Positions 1-12,855 of a DNA stretch of 64,000 bases are shown here, piece by piece. Source of the stretch: Chiloscyllium plagiosum (lineage: Eukaryota). Both the position numbers and the translations under genes were made by a program. Numbering within the stretch: the first letter of the stretch is position 1; each line of letters starts with the position of its first letter. The notes under the pieces were generated by a model. It had not been told where the DNA came from, ran no database searches, and was given only the letters and a program-made list of their open reading frames with translations. Location of the stretch: the NCBI RefSeq assembly GCF_004010195.1, contig NC_057717.1, forward strand, positions 72,172,074 to 72,236,073, in the 5' to 3' direction.

Positions 1-77
1 AGCTGGATTCTTGCAAAATGCTGTTCCAGGTGAATTATGCGCAGAATGAAATAGCAAACTAATTCATCGTGCGTTAG

Positions 78-151
78 GCCTGGCTGTCTCAGTTCGGTGC
101 AATATGAGGTGTTCAATCAGAGAGTCGTGCATCCAAGCCCCATAATAGTCG
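78..151 (+). pseudogene. tRNA-Lys(CTT)-derived relic
   Basis: gcctggctgtctcagttcggt...aatcagagagtcgtgcatccaagccccataatagtcg is colinear with vertebrate Lys-CTT (GCCCGGCTAGCTCAGTCGGT...GTCGTGGGTTCGAGCCCCACGTTGGGCG) and is followed by tttt. Anticodon and B box are mutated. Confidence 0.6.
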
Positions 152-1163
152 TTTTCACTGTTTAATCGAGTCCCAGCTCTTTGTTCCACATGCAGAATTG
201 CAAGCCAACGCTGGTGGAGCGTTCTTGTTGCTTTCGTTGACACATATGTCCTCCTGCTTTGATCACATGTCGGTTTCTGAGTGAAAACTGGCTGCACTTT
301 ACTGGAAGCGCCAGAGACAACTTTATCAGTGCAGCTGAAAATACTATGAATAATGTCCATTTCAAAACGTGAGATTCCACTACATCCGTGCACCAACCAA
401 ACTGTTCAAAGACACAGAACGCGAATGGCCATTTGTTAGTGGTCTGACAGAGACGGCTCAATGTCTCATGGGTCCTGAACAAAAATTAACTGATTCAGAA
501 TGTGCTGGGAACGGAGCTCTCCCTGAACGTTTTGTAATTGTCCTTGTTGTGTGCTCATGTAAGTTTATGTAATGAACAGTTTATTGTCAGTAACGAGGGT
601 GTGGGTGGGGAAGGATTGTAAGGTTTCAGTGTGGGACAGACGTGATCTGATCGAACGGGTAAGTCAAATATTCCCAGAACATGGGAACGCTGATTGGTGC
701 AGGATCACTCCCATCTTCTGTTTCAGAATCAACAAATGAAATTGCTGGAAAATCTCAGCAGGTCCGGTCGCATCTTGAAAATCAAAACCGAATGAGATTT
801 CGGGACTGGTTACACTTCTTTTTCCATCTCCATGTCCCTCTGCCATTCTACAAAACTTCCTTTTTATTGAATATGTCCTGACTTCAAACTTTATATTCAG
901 CTTCACTTTTATTGCTTCCTCTCCAAACATTTTCCCAGCCTCTAAAACTGTATCATGCTTGTTCTATCTCTCACTTTGCCCAGGACTTCCAACTGAACAA
1001 ATAACTCTGTTTCTATTTCCTTAGATATCAGATGGCCAGAGATTGGAAGACATAGGAGGACGGTTACCTCTTTCAGAATATCTCGTCTGCTCCGCCATTT
1101 GATCATGGCTAATATCGTTATTAACCCCATTCTCCAGTCCTCTCCCTGTAACACTTACTCCCC

Positions 1164-1219
1164 GTGAATTTAGGATCCAGTCTTTTTTCCCAGAGTGGGT
1201 CCTAATCCGTCCCAATACC
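1164..1219 (+). pseudogene. 3' two-thirds of a tRNA-Leu(TAG)-derived relic
   Basis: gaatttaggatccagtctttt...gtgggtcctaatccgtcccaatacc resembles GGATTTAGGCTCCAGTCTCTT...GTGGGTTCGAATCCCACCGCTGCC. Confidence 0.45.
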
Positions 1220-2061
1220 CTCCACATGTGTTGGCAGCTGTTACGCCGTGTCTACGTTTCATCAATCTCAGTTTCCGTAATTCAAAGATCGGCAAATACG
1301 ATCTCTACTGAGCAAATCAATCTCCGATGGGGGACAGCTCGATCGGGTCTCTGACCCCACTGTAATCCTGCGGGGGAGGAGTAATCATCTTCATCGCCTA
1401 CGGGAAGAATCGACACTTCAAAAAAAAAACGGACAGAAAGAACGATAGGCTTGTGTGTCAAGATATGTGGAGGTAACTGCTTTCTGACCTGGACAGTACA
1501 CCTTACTCTGTATATCCCCCCCATTCTAGCTGTTGTGGTGAAAGGGAGTACAAGTCCAATGAATTGCCAAATACGCCTTTATTCGATATGTATTCTTCCT
1601 TGTTCTGAATCTGCATGGATGTTTCCAGCACTGATGATCACCATTTCTAAGAGTGCATGCCGCGGGCCCTGATCTTTTCTGGAGAGTAGCAGTATCAGTT
1701 TGTGCGAAAGTGGCCCAGTTCAAAGCTGAGAAGAAACATTGTTGGTCCCTCTTCACGGACGACAGTCTTTCATATCATGATCGATGGGGCTTTATTGCAT
1801 TCTCATCAGCAAACCTTGTTTTGAATTTACTCGCCCAATACTACTCTAGCGGTGAAAAGAAGTATAATCCCGAATACCTGCTGCGTGAATTTCATTTCAA
1901 ATTTCTATTCGCAGTGGTCCTTCATATGTGGCCATGTCTATATCACTGCTGGTCATCCTGTTTAAGAGTGCCGTTACGTATTTTCCTCTGCCTTGGCGCT
2001 GCAGGGAAAATTGTCCGCGCCTTTTCAGCCAATATTTCCTGGATATTTCAAAATGGTATTC

Positions 2062-2301
2062 NNNNNNNNNNNNNNNNNNNNNNNNNNNNNNNNNNNNNNN
2101 NNNNNNNNNNNNNNNNNNNNNNNNNNNNNNNNNNNNNNNNNNNNNNNNNNNNNNNNNNNNNNNNNNNNNNNNNNNNNNNNNNNNNNNNNNNNNNNNNNNN
2201 NNNNNNNNNNNNNNNNNNNNNNNNNNNNNNNNNNNNNNNNNNNNNNNNNNNNNNNNNNNNNNNNNNNNNNNNNNNNNNNNNNNNNNNNNNNNNNNNNNNN
2301 N
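2062..2301. other. assembly gap (N run)
   Basis: Run of N. Confidence 1.
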
Positions 2302-3074
2302 TATCACAGAGTTCCAGGAAAGTATGACAGCGAGGGAGAGGAATGCAAGTCAAGTGCAGCTCTGGTGAAACACCTTCTGTCTAATTCTGTCATCAACAAG
2401 AAACGTCAATGCGACTAAAGCGGGAAACATTTTCACAACTCGAACAATGAGCAATCTCGAACAGTGACCACCTCTTTGACATCTCAGATCGCCTTTGACC
2501 TTCCCTGAATATGTATAGAAACTAATTTTTGTACACCTCAAAGTGAGAAGTGTTTGATTTACCGACAATAAGTGAGTCGCATGTCCTTGATTGCCACATA
2601 GGTTTCCAACTCAGCTTGCAGGCAGGTGGCAATTGCTTGTGGCTCTGCTGGATAACGCACTATTATGGAGAAAGAAAAGGAAAGTTGGAACTCTTATTGC
2701 CTCTGGGTTTCGAATGATCTCGCTACGTGTTCTGCCATTCTCGGATGCCAGTGCTAAACCAGTTTTTCAGTTCATCCGAGCAGCAGGAGAGTCGGCGTGT
2801 CTGGCAGGAGCGGAATTCATCATCTCCAGTGATCACTTTATCTGAGGAGAGAAAATGAACAAAGTTTCACACAGCGACTTTTCAGAATTGCATTCCGTTT
2901 CAGCATGGCCGCAGATGTGGGCAAGCAAATTCAAAGCCAGATTTGCTGATGAGAACAACAAGCACGACTGCTCAGATAGAGCAATTACTTTCCACCGCTT
3001 ATTATGCAGAACTGGTGCAGTTGCTGTGAGTATGCTGCAGGGTATCATCAGGTACATGCTCTTGGGTTTCCGAT

Positions 3075-3156
3075 TTTGGCGTGGCTGAGCAATCTGAGAC
3101 TCTGATTTCAGATTCCACTTCTTAAGTAGGCTTGTGTTTGCATCCCTGCGCGGCCA
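3075..3156 (+). pseudogene. tRNA-Leu (AAG/TAG family)-derived relic
   Basis: 82 nt, colinear without gaps with GGTAGCGTGGCCGAGCGGTCTAAGG...AATCCCACCGCTGCCA (cgtggctgagcaatctgag...catccctgcgcggcca). Confidence 0.65.
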
Positions 3157-4008
3157 CGTGTGCTAATGGATTAAGCTGGCAAAGTTTTGTTAAAGTTGAA
3201 CAGAAAGAAAAAAACAGTCATTTCTTCTAACCCGGCTGTGATGTGGCACAGCAGAAAACAACCAACATGTCAGTGCCCACGCTGTTTTCCCCTTCTGCTG
3301 GAGTTGTCACGTCCCCCTCCAGCTCAAAAGGCCACCAGCATAATACGTGACTCAAAAGCAGGCTGCGCCAATCTTTCATATTCCAGGCAATTTGCACTTT
3401 TCACCGTTTTCTCTGAAACTGAATGGAAATATTTATTTCCCTGTTGATGTGAAATTCGGGTTCTACATTGAATCTGCTCGCAGTTTTCTGTTGTTGGTGC
3501 GAAAAGGAGGAATATTGCGATACGAAACTTGGTTACTTTCCCCTAATTTCCTTAATTTCTGTCCTGATGAGAGAGGCTGGTGATTGGCCCTCTCGATCCG
3601 GTAGAGACATCAGACCAATTGTTAACCTCATCTAATCGAGACTGTAATTGGTAATCTTCACTTTTAAAGTTCATTGTTAGTCAGTTCTGATTCATGTTAC
3701 TTGAGCACTTTCCTGTAAGTATTGGTGCACTAAGGCGCCAGTATGTTGAAAGCACCATTTGGAATTGCCTCGCTGCCATTTGTGTGAGCAGCTCATGAAA
3801 ATAGGTTCTCTTTGTCAGTTCTGCTTCTGTTCATGAGTTGTCCGTTTTTGGTTTCGCTCGAGAGCTGCACGGGTAACATGATTTGTGAGGTATTTTCCAC
3901 AGCCAAAATCTCCCAGTGAGAAGTTGGGAATGTGTCGAGAAGAATGGTCATTGGCGGCCTAAGACCAGAAAAACTTGATTCGTTGCTGGTTTCCACCGAG
4001 CCAGTGTG

Positions 4009-4081
4009 TGGGAGTTATCTCAAATTAGAGAGTACTCGCTTTGCATGAGAGAGGTTGCGGGATCGATGCCTGCGTTCTCCA
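4009..4081 (+). pseudogene. tRNA-Ala-derived relic (anticodon loop reads TGC)
   Basis: 73 nt; ...ctcgctttgcatgagagaggttgcgggatcgatgcctgcgttctcca closely matches vertebrate Ala (CTCGCTTAGCATGCGAGAGGTAGCGGGATCGATGCCCGCATTCTCCA). The D arm is damaged. Confidence 0.8.
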
Positions 4082-4090
4082 TCCCCGTTT

Positions 4091-4340
4091 AGGGCGGCAC
4101 CGTGGCTCAGTGGTTAGCAATGCTGCCTCACAGCACCAGTGTTCCACGTTTGGTTCCTGTGTGGGTTTCTTCCCACACTCCAAAGATGTGCAGGGCAGGT
4201 GAATTTGTCATGCTAATTTGCCCATAATGATCATTGCATTAGTTCGAGGGAAATTGGTCTGGGTGGGGTACTCTTTGGAGGGGCGGTGTGGACGAGTTGC
4301 GCGGAAGGGCCTGTTTCCATACTGTAGGGAATCTAATCTA
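4091..4340 (+). mobile_element. HE1-type (V-SINE) tRNA-derived SINE, internally deleted
   Basis: Head gggcggcaccgtggctcagtggttagcaatgctgcctcacagc, core ccaaagatgtgcag, and tail gggcctgtttccatactgtagggaatctaatctaa. Confidence 0.85.
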
Positions 4341-4585
4341 ACCATCTTCCAGAAAACTAGCCCAACGCACTGACCAAGTGATGAGTGCCTGTTCAAACTG
4401 GTGATCGCCACTGCAGCATCTCAGAGGGGCTGAGCCCGTAAATAACCGCTCTATTTGCCAAATTTTGACGTTCATTCTTTTTCAACATTCCTGTCTGTAT
4501 ACAGATCCATATGCCTTTGAAATATTGAGACTGTACCAGACTCCACCACTAAATCTGACAATTCATTCCAAACACGCAAAACTTT

Positions 4586-5085
4586 NNNNNNNNNNNNNNN
4601 NNNNNNNNNNNNNNNNNNNNNNNNNNNNNNNNNNNNNNNNNNNNNNNNNNNNNNNNNNNNNNNNNNNNNNNNNNNNNNNNNNNNNNNNNNNNNNNNNNNN
4701 NNNNNNNNNNNNNNNNNNNNNNNNNNNNNNNNNNNNNNNNNNNNNNNNNNNNNNNNNNNNNNNNNNNNNNNNNNNNNNNNNNNNNNNNNNNNNNNNNNNN
4801 NNNNNNNNNNNNNNNNNNNNNNNNNNNNNNNNNNNNNNNNNNNNNNNNNNNNNNNNNNNNNNNNNNNNNNNNNNNNNNNNNNNNNNNNNNNNNNNNNNNN
4901 NNNNNNNNNNNNNNNNNNNNNNNNNNNNNNNNNNNNNNNNNNNNNNNNNNNNNNNNNNNNNNNNNNNNNNNNNNNNNNNNNNNNNNNNNNNNNNNNNNNN
5001 NNNNNNNNNNNNNNNNNNNNNNNNNNNNNNNNNNNNNNNNNNNNNNNNNNNNNNNNNNNNNNNNNNNNNNNNNNNNNNNNNNNNN
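4586..5085. other. assembly gap (N run)
   Basis: Run of N. Confidence 1.
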
Positions 5086-5477
5086 ATGCATCAAGGACAT
5101 AAAGCATGAAATCTCTTCACTCAGGATATCGCAGAATGCCGTCAGGAAAGGATTTACTCACCAAGTGATGTAAAAAACTGTGATACGAGTTGAATTCAAC
5201 GGCAGTAAATTGTATCAATCCTGCATCATGCCTTTCATGTAATGGAAACTTCAAAGCTTTTACTCTGAAAGGAGTTTAAGCAAATTTTGATCGCAGTCGC
5301 ATAACGAGATATTGGGAGCTGACAAAGTGTTATATCAAAGAGGTGATCAAACAAGGAGGTTTCAAGCAGACGTTTAACCCACAAATCTCTGGTTGCATCA
5401 CAAACCTCGGGTCATGGAGATTGTTCTGTTCGAGGCCATCATATTCTTGTCAGTATAAAAAGAACACATTCGCACAT

Positions 5478-5547
5478 GGATCCGCAGCTCAGTGATTAGA
5501 GCTCTAGTCTTGTTGGCCAGTGGTTATGAAAACTCCCACTTGGGCCT
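5478..5547 (+). pseudogene. tRNA-Thr(TGT)-derived relic
   Basis: ggatccgcagctcagtgattagagctctagtcttgt...tgggcct resembles GGCTCCATAGCTCAGTGGTTAGAGCACTGGTCTTGT...GGGGCCT. The T arm is eroded. Confidence 0.7.
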
Positions 5548-6654
5548 TGCTGCATTTCCTCACATATACTGCAGCAAACATCGGAACGTGCTTTCTCACC
5601 GTTATTCGGAATTATTTCTGATGAAAAAGCGTGAAGTCATTCTCTCCATGGCTAACCTGTTTGAGTTTTGGAATTCCACTTCGGTGTTTCTCCTTCGAGG
5701 AACATGCGGATAACAATCAGCTGATGCGAATAATGCTCCAGTTTGGCAGGAAGAACAACGTGAGACAGTAGAGCCGTAGAGCAAGGGAGAAACAGTGGGG
5801 GAGGAAAAGTACAGGGAAGTGGCCGAATGCTTCTGTTGCTTACATAGCGACAAAACAACTACGGGAATCCAAAGAAAACAGGCAGGTTCTGGAAGAACAC
5901 CGGACGCCAGGCTGCCTCAGGAGGTATATGTTCAGCATGTATCAATGCTTAATGGCTTGGTCCGTCCACCAATGGCACCCTACCGCCGGTTTATCCCTTT
6001 GCTTACGTAAACAGACTCTGGTTTGAAAGTCTAACGTGAAGGAAGAAGAAGCCAAATGGTTAAAAACATTGCAAAGGAAGCCACTGAGGTCCTGGTGGAT
6101 AAAGCCATGAGAAAAGACAAGGCCGGGTTTCATAGGGCGTTGGAAAGAACCAATAGATCACGTGGCGTAAAAAACTCAGTTGTGTCCATATGGAAGTTTT
6201 CCAGATGATGTGAATTTGGTGAGAATAAATAGGAAGGAATTTCCCTCAGGCAAACGAATCTATAACTAGAGATTAGAACCTCAAAACCAGTGATGGATTA
6301 TAAAGAAAAATTTGGAGCAAGGCTTGTTTTGTTTTCATTCTAGTTATTGAAATCGGGTATGGTTCTTTTCAGAGAAAAGTAGTTTCAATACGTAATTCTA
6401 AAATATTTATAAAGGCGAGTACAGGCACACAAAGAATGAATTTAAACGGGACAGAGAGTCTGCGCTGGGGTTGTGTTAAGTGCTCACTCTCTAATTTACT
6501 GAGGTTAATTGAAAATAAATTGTACAACACCTACAACTGAATACGACTAAGGGTGAAAATATCCGATTGTTAGGAACGGTTTTGAAGCTTGATCTAAGTC
6601 AACTTCTATAAATTCTGTTAGAACTGAACTGTTTGTGTTAACTCAGTATTAAAG

Positions 6655-6760
6655 GGAATCTGGTTAGTTCAGTCCGTTGCATAACTGGTTACGATACAAA
6701 GTGATACCAACAGTGTGGGATTGATTCTCGCAACGTCTCAGTTGACCATTCTGATCCTGA
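6655..6760 (+). mobile_element. degenerate tRNA-derived SINE head
   Basis: ggttagttcagt...gtgataccaacagtgtgggattgattc; a related copy lies on the minus strand at ~20890-21080. Confidence 0.4.
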
Positions 6761-7159
6761 TATCCCCACTCACCTAATCCATTAGATGATGGCGAGAATC
6801 GAAGGGAAATTATAGTGTGTTTGTACTTATCTGTCGATATAACGCACTTTTTTTTTCATTTGTTGCGTTGGACATTTCGCTGCAAACACAGAGAAGTGAT
6901 TGAGTCCATTTGCTGCACACTCATCTTCCCCTAAACCATCCAGTGACAAGACTCAAAACATATTCCTGTTTTAATTCTCTAAGCTTCACAGCAGTAATTA
7001 TAAAACAAACTTTATCATTTCGATTCGAGTTTTTCCAACCACATTCAAAATATCCAATGAGATAAATATCATTCTTATTGCATTGTTTACATAACCGGTA
7101 TGAGTATACAGCAATTTCAACAATATGAAACGAGCTCTGCGCATTTTCCACAGTATAAC

Positions 7160-7382
7160 GTAGTTAAAACGTATGGTGCTGGGACAACACAGCAGGCCAT
7201 CCAGCATCCGAGGGGCAGGAGAATCGACGTTTCGCGCATAAGCCCTTCTTCAGGAATTCCTGAACAAGGGCTAATGCCCGAAACGGCGATTCTCCTGCTC
7301 CTCGGATGCTGCCTGGCCTGCTGTGTTTTTCCAGCACCACACTTTTCAACTCTGGTCTCCAGCATCTGCAGTCCTCAGTTTC
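7160..7382. mobile_element. palindromic Penelope-derived insert with hammerhead-like cores
   Basis: Inverted arms around caggaattcctg; ctgaagaagggcttatgc(c/g)cgaaac-type core on both strands; 13-bp TSD tccacagtataac (7147-7159 / 7383-7395). Confidence 0.8.
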
Positions 7383-7619
7383 TCCACAGTATAACACAAT
7401 GCAGGATCAGCATTATGAGAAAGAGAAGCTACTTCAAACGTCACCTCAGTATCTCTATTGAGAGATGAATATTCCCCTGGGGAGTATTTCTGACTGTTCA
7501 TAAGTAACGGAGGCATTTCCCAAGGACAGAAGAATGCATAAATCAGAAGTTAGATTTTTAGAGTAAAAGCTGTTTTATTCATTTTGCGATCCTTCAGGAG
7601 GAGGGGAGCAGTCCCAAGT

Positions 7620-10600
7620 CAGGGTCCACATATACACCAACAACATAGATAAGAAAAGGCATGAAGACGTAAGGCAGAAATTCAGAGAGCGAGAGTGACA
7701 TCTTCGATCCAGATCAAACAGAGCTGTTCTCTCTGATTTGTTACGCATGACACATCGTACAGAGATGAAGAATACGGACAGATGTTTTGAAAATGTGACT
7801 ATCGGGATGGTGCAGGGGGAGGGATTCGGATACCTGGACAATTGTGTCTCTTTCTGGAGTAGGTGGTACCACTACAAATAGGATGGTTTTCACCTGAGCC
7901 ACAGGAGAAACAATATCCTGCGGGGTTGGGGCGGGGATAATTTGCTAATGCTCTTTAGGAAACGAATTCAGCAGCCGAATGTGAACCTGAATTGCAGCTC
8001 AGTTATACACGAGGTTTTGAGTAGTGAGGACATAATTATGTTTTCAAGTTTGCAAGAGTGTACTGGCAAGGATGAAGATGGTTTGAAGGGTGTTTACATC
8101 AACGCTAGGAACATCTGGAATAATGTAGGAGAACTTATAGCATGGGTTGTTAACTGGGATTTCGAAGTTGTGGCCATTTCAGAGACATGAATAGAGCAGT
8201 GAAAGGACTGGGTGTTCCTTGTGCCGCAGTCTCGATTTTTCAGTAAGAGCAAGGAAGGTGATTAAAGAGGGTGAGGTGTGGCATGATGAACCAAGGACAG
8301 TATTACGGTAGCAGAAAGGATATTTGATGAGCACTCTACGGAGTCTACTGAGCTAAAATGGTCGGATGTTCGACTCAGTAAAGGAGACGTCACTGTGAAT
8401 GGAGACTTAAATAGCCGACTGAAACGTTCCAGAGATTTAGAGTAAAAGATTGCAAAGGTGATTCTGGATAGGAGCGAAAATAAACGGGGTAGTTGTTCTG
8501 GGGAACTTTAACTTTCCAAATATTGATTGGAAACGTTATAGTTTGAGTAAATCTGATCGGTGAATTTTTGTCCAATGTGTGCAGGAGGGTTTCTTGACAC
8601 AGCATATAGACAGGCCAACAAGAAGCCGCATTGGATTTGGTACTGGGTAATGATGGTTCGATTTGGAGGAAAGTGAGAACTTTTGTGATAGAAACAGGTT
8701 TATATTGCAGGCCAAGAGGTATTACCTGGAGAAAGGTGGTTAGGCAAGAGTTAGGATGCATAGGATCGAGAAATTAATTGCAGGTGTTGGGTATAACTGA
8801 AATTTGGAGCTTGCTCAGGGACGAGCTACTGCGTGCCCTTGATAAGTATGTATGCCTCATGCACGGAATATGTGGTCGAGTCAGGGAGCAGTGTCTACTG
8901 AAAAAGTTGAATCTCTTGTCAAGAGGGAGAAGGAGGCTGATGTAAAGATGAGATTTTCAGGCTCAGATCTGGTGCTTCAGAATTAAAAACTAGCCAGGAA
9001 GGACCTAAAGAGAGAGCTAAGTCGAGCAAAGAGGGGACATGCGAAGTCTTTGGCTGGCAGGATTGAGGAAACCCCTGAAGCTTTATATTGGCATTTCAGG
9101 AACAAATGAATGACTAGGGTACGATTAGAACCTGTCAAGAACCATAGTGGNNNNNNNNNNNNNNNNNNNNNNNNNNNNNNNNNNNNNNNNNNNNNNNNNN
9201 NNNNNNNNNNNNNNNNNNNNNNNNNNNNNNNNNNNNNNNNNNNNNNNNNNNNNNNNNNNNNNNNNNNNNNNNNNNNNNNNNNNNNNNNNNNNNNNNNNNN
9301 NNNNNNNNNNNNNNNNNNNNNNNNNNNNNNNNNNNNNNNNNNNNNNNNNNNNNNNNNNNNNNNNNNNNNNNNNNNNNNNNNNNNNNNNNNNNNNNNNNNN
9401 NNNNNNNNNNNNNNNNNNNNNNNNNNNNNNNNNNNNNNNNNNNNNNNNNNNNNNNNNNNNNNNNNNNNNNNNNNNNNNNNNNNNNNNNNNNNNNNNNNNN
9501 NNNNNNNNNNNNNNNNNNNNNNNNNNNNNNNNNNNNNNNNNNNNNNNNNNNNNNNNNNNNNNNNNNNNNNNNNNNNNNNNNNNNNNNNNNNNNNNNNNNN
9601 NNNNNNNNNNNNNNNNNNNNNNNNNNNNNNNNNNNNNNNNNNNNNNNNNNNNNNNNNNNNNNNNNNNNNNNNNNNNNNNNNNNNNNNNNNNNNNNNNNNN
9701 NNNNNNNNNNNNNNNNNNNNNNNNNNNNNNNNNNNNNNNNNNNNNNNNNNNNNNNNNNNNNNNNNNNNNNNNNNNNNNNNNNNNNNNNNNNNNNNNNNNN
9801 NNNNNNNNNNNNNNNNNNNNNNNNNNNNNNNNNNNNNNNNNNNNNNNNNNNNGTGCAAATAGGCCTGTCCCTTGGGCTTGATGGGGTTTATCCTAGGATT
9901 CTCTGGGCAGCGTGCGGGGAGATTGCTGAACTTTTATCTATGAACTTTGTGCCGTCTGTGTCTATGTGATTAGCGCGAGAAGACTCAAATTTAGCAAATA
10001 TTGTCCCCTTCTCCAAGATGAGGAATAGAGAAATCTCTGGTAATTGTAGAACAATAAGCCTTTGTTTCGTAGTAGGTAAAGTTTTGGAAAAGGTTATGAG
10101 AGATAGGATATATGATTATCTAATAAGGAAGAAGTTGATTCGGGATAGTCAATTCGATTTTGTGATTTTGTGAAGAATAGTTTGTGCTTCACAAACCTTA
10201 TTGAGCTCATTGATAATGTGAGCTCATAGGTGGATGAGGGTGAAGCGATTTAAATTGTGGATATGGTTTTCACGAAGGCATTGTTAATATTCCCCACGAT
10301 AGGTTATTGCAGAAACTACGCAGGCATAGGATTGATGGTTATTTAGCTGTTTAGATCAGAAAATGGCGAGCTGAAAGACGACAGAGTGGTTAGTTGATGG
10401 GAAATGTTCGTTACGGAGTTCAGAAATTAATGGTGTACCATAAGGTTGTTTTTTGGATCCACTGCAGTTTGTCATTTGTATAAATAACCTGGATTAGGGC
10501 ATGGAATGATGGGTCAGTAAATTTGCCAATGGCACGAAGCTCAATGGAGTTGTCAACTGTGTCAACTGCTGCTGCACTTTGCAGTGGGACATGTACAATG

Positions 10601-11400
10601 TGCAGAGCTGAGCTCAGAGGTGGCAAATAGAGATTAATGTGGGAAAATGTGTGGTCATTCACTTTGGAAGGAACAACAAGAAGAAAGAGTTCTGGGCTAA
10701 AAGTCATATTCTTGCAAGTTTAGGTGAGCAGAGAGATTTCGGTGCTAATGTGCATAAAACTCTGAAAGTTACCACCCATGTTGATAGGTTTATTTGGAAG
10801 GAGCACGTTGTGTTAGATTTATTGGGAGAGGGATTGAGTTTCACAGCCATGAGGTCTTGTTGCACTCCAGAAATTCTCTGGTGTGGCCGCACTTGTAAAG
10901 TTGTGTACAGTTCCGGTCGCCACATCATAAGACGGATGTGCAAGCATTGGAAAGGGTGCAGAGGAGATTTACGACGATGCTGTCTTGTATGGAGGGAACG
11001 TCTTGCGAGGAAAGACTGAGGGACTTGAGGTTGTTTACGACAGAGATGAGATGTTTTTAATGTGATTTAATAGAGACATACAAGATGATCAGACGTTTGG
11101 TTCAGGTGGACAGTGAAGGACTTTATTCTTCAAATAGCAATGGTTGGCACAAAGGCACACAGTGTAAAGTTGAGACTGATAGATGCCGAGATAGGTTCTT
11201 TTCTCAATGAGTAGGAAAGGTGCAGAACGCCTTGCAGTCAACAGTAGTAGACTCATCAACTTTCAGGGCTTTTAAATGATCAGGGGATAATCTTTTGAGC
11301 TACAACGATGAAATGTCGTTAAGCTGGACTTCTGACTAATATCGCAGGCTGTTTGCAACATCAAGGGCCAAAGACCCTTTATGGCACAGTAATATTCTGT
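7620..11400 (+). mobile_element. CR1/HER1-type LINE, degenerate (ORF1 end, APE endonuclease, RT, 3' tail)
   Basis: LKGVYINARNIW...EVVAISET endonuclease motif at ~8080; RT and C-terminal remnants (KCVVIHFGRNN) at 9860-11270; many stops and frameshifts; spans gap 9151-9851. Confidence 0.9.
9151..9851. other. assembly gap (N run)
   Basis: Run of N. Confidence 1.
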
Positions 11401-11458
11401 CCTCGAACTGTTCTTCAGCCTGATGTTGCAATCATCCCTAGTCACTATCAGTGAAATG

Positions 11459-11554
11459 AGCGCCTGGCGAGGATCAATCTCGCAACTTCGGCAGCTCACA
11501 AACTTCTAATCTGTTATAGGAGCACGGCAACCTGATCAATTGCCTCACTGGATC
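11459..11554 (-). pseudogene. intron-containing tRNA-Ile(TAT)-derived relic
   Basis: Reverse complement gatccagtgaggcaattgatcagg...ctata[~20-nt intron]ctgccgaagttgcgagattgatcctcgccaggcgct matches GCTCCAGTGGCGCAATCGG...TTATA-intron-ATGCCGAGGTTGTGAGTTCGATCCTCACCTGGAGCA. Confidence 0.75.
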
Positions 11555-12004
11555 ACGGTTCCTGATCTTGCCACTGAGGCCACGAATCCAATTACTCATT
11601 TTTTTTTGCTGTGGATCTGAAATAAAAACCAGCTTAGAGGGGATTGTACTGAGAATGGATCATCGATCATGTCGCATCATGTGCAGAAAAAAGACAGATA
11701 AAAATGTGGCGAAAAACAGATGTTACTGAATATAAGTTTACCGTGCCTTCCTGCGTTGATCACGGGCAATTTAACATCGCCAATGTAATGGGATTTTCCT
11801 TCCATCAGTTTCAACTCGTCACAGAATTCGATTCACTGACACTTCTCCAAGTACCTTTGGACAGTTCATACGACACCACAATGACCCACATTGCACACAA
11901 CGTCAACAATCTTCAGCATTACTACATCGAACAGCACGTGGCATGGTTTGCATAAATACTAGAGATGGAGCAACGTTATGCAGGGGCAAATTGAATTTCA
12001 GTGT

Positions 12005-12195
12005 AGATTAGATTACATCCCCCTACAGTGTGAAAACAGGCCCTTCGGCCCAACCAGTCCACACCTCCGAAGAGTAACCCGACCAGACCCATTTCCCTTT
12101 GACTGATGCACCTAACACTGCAGGCAATTTTGCGTGACCAATTAACCTGACCTGCTCATTTTTGGATTGAGGGAGGAAACCGAAGTACCCAGAGC
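12005..12195 (-). mobile_element. HE1-type SINE, 3' part
   Basis: tagattagattac...acaggcccttcggccc...gggaggaaaccgaagtaccc is the reverse complement of the HE1 tail and core. Confidence 0.8.
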
Positions 12196-12329
12196 CTCAG
12201 CCTGGCTCGTTTACCTTCACAATGGGAATGGTCCAGCCATTGCCATTCTTATCATCTCCCCTGAACATCATCTCCTGCAATCAGACGCTTCCTGCAGCCT
12301 ACAATGGAAAAACGTTCTCTGAAGAAAAG

Positions 12330-12830
12330 CCAAAATATCTGAACAAAATCATTAGCTCTTGGACGTCTGTAGAGAGGAAGAAGAGTTAATGTTTCGAGTC
12401 CAATGATCCGTCTTTGGAACTAATGGGACGTGCGGGTGGGTAAAAAATGTGGAAGATGGCGGACGGGTTCTGAAATGATTGAACTCGCTGCTGGGTCCTG
12501 AAGTCTGTATAGTCTGTCAGAAAATGAGATGCAATTCTTCCAGCTTGTGCTGTGCCTTGAAGTATCCCTGCAGCAGACCGGAGTCTGAAATCGTGCCTTC
12601 GGAACACAGTGCAACGTTGAAGTGACAGGAGACTGGGAAGATCAGGATAACTTTTGGCAGTTCCATACAGAACGTAGGTGATCTCAGCTTTGTCACTGAC
12701 TCTGTTTTTCACTCCCCATTGTGGAGCGATAACATTCTGAGGAGGAAATACAGTTGCCTGGATTGAATGAAATGCAGGAAAAGCACTGAAAGGGATGTAA
12801 GGGAAGTTACACAGTGAGGAGAGTTATCGT
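12330..12830 (-). mobile_element. degenerate Penelope-like (GIY-YIG) fragment
   Basis: Similar in layout to the fragments at 41270-41960 and 63360-64000. Confidence 0.45.
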
Positions 12831-12855
12831 AACCCAGCAGGTCTTATTGATTCTA

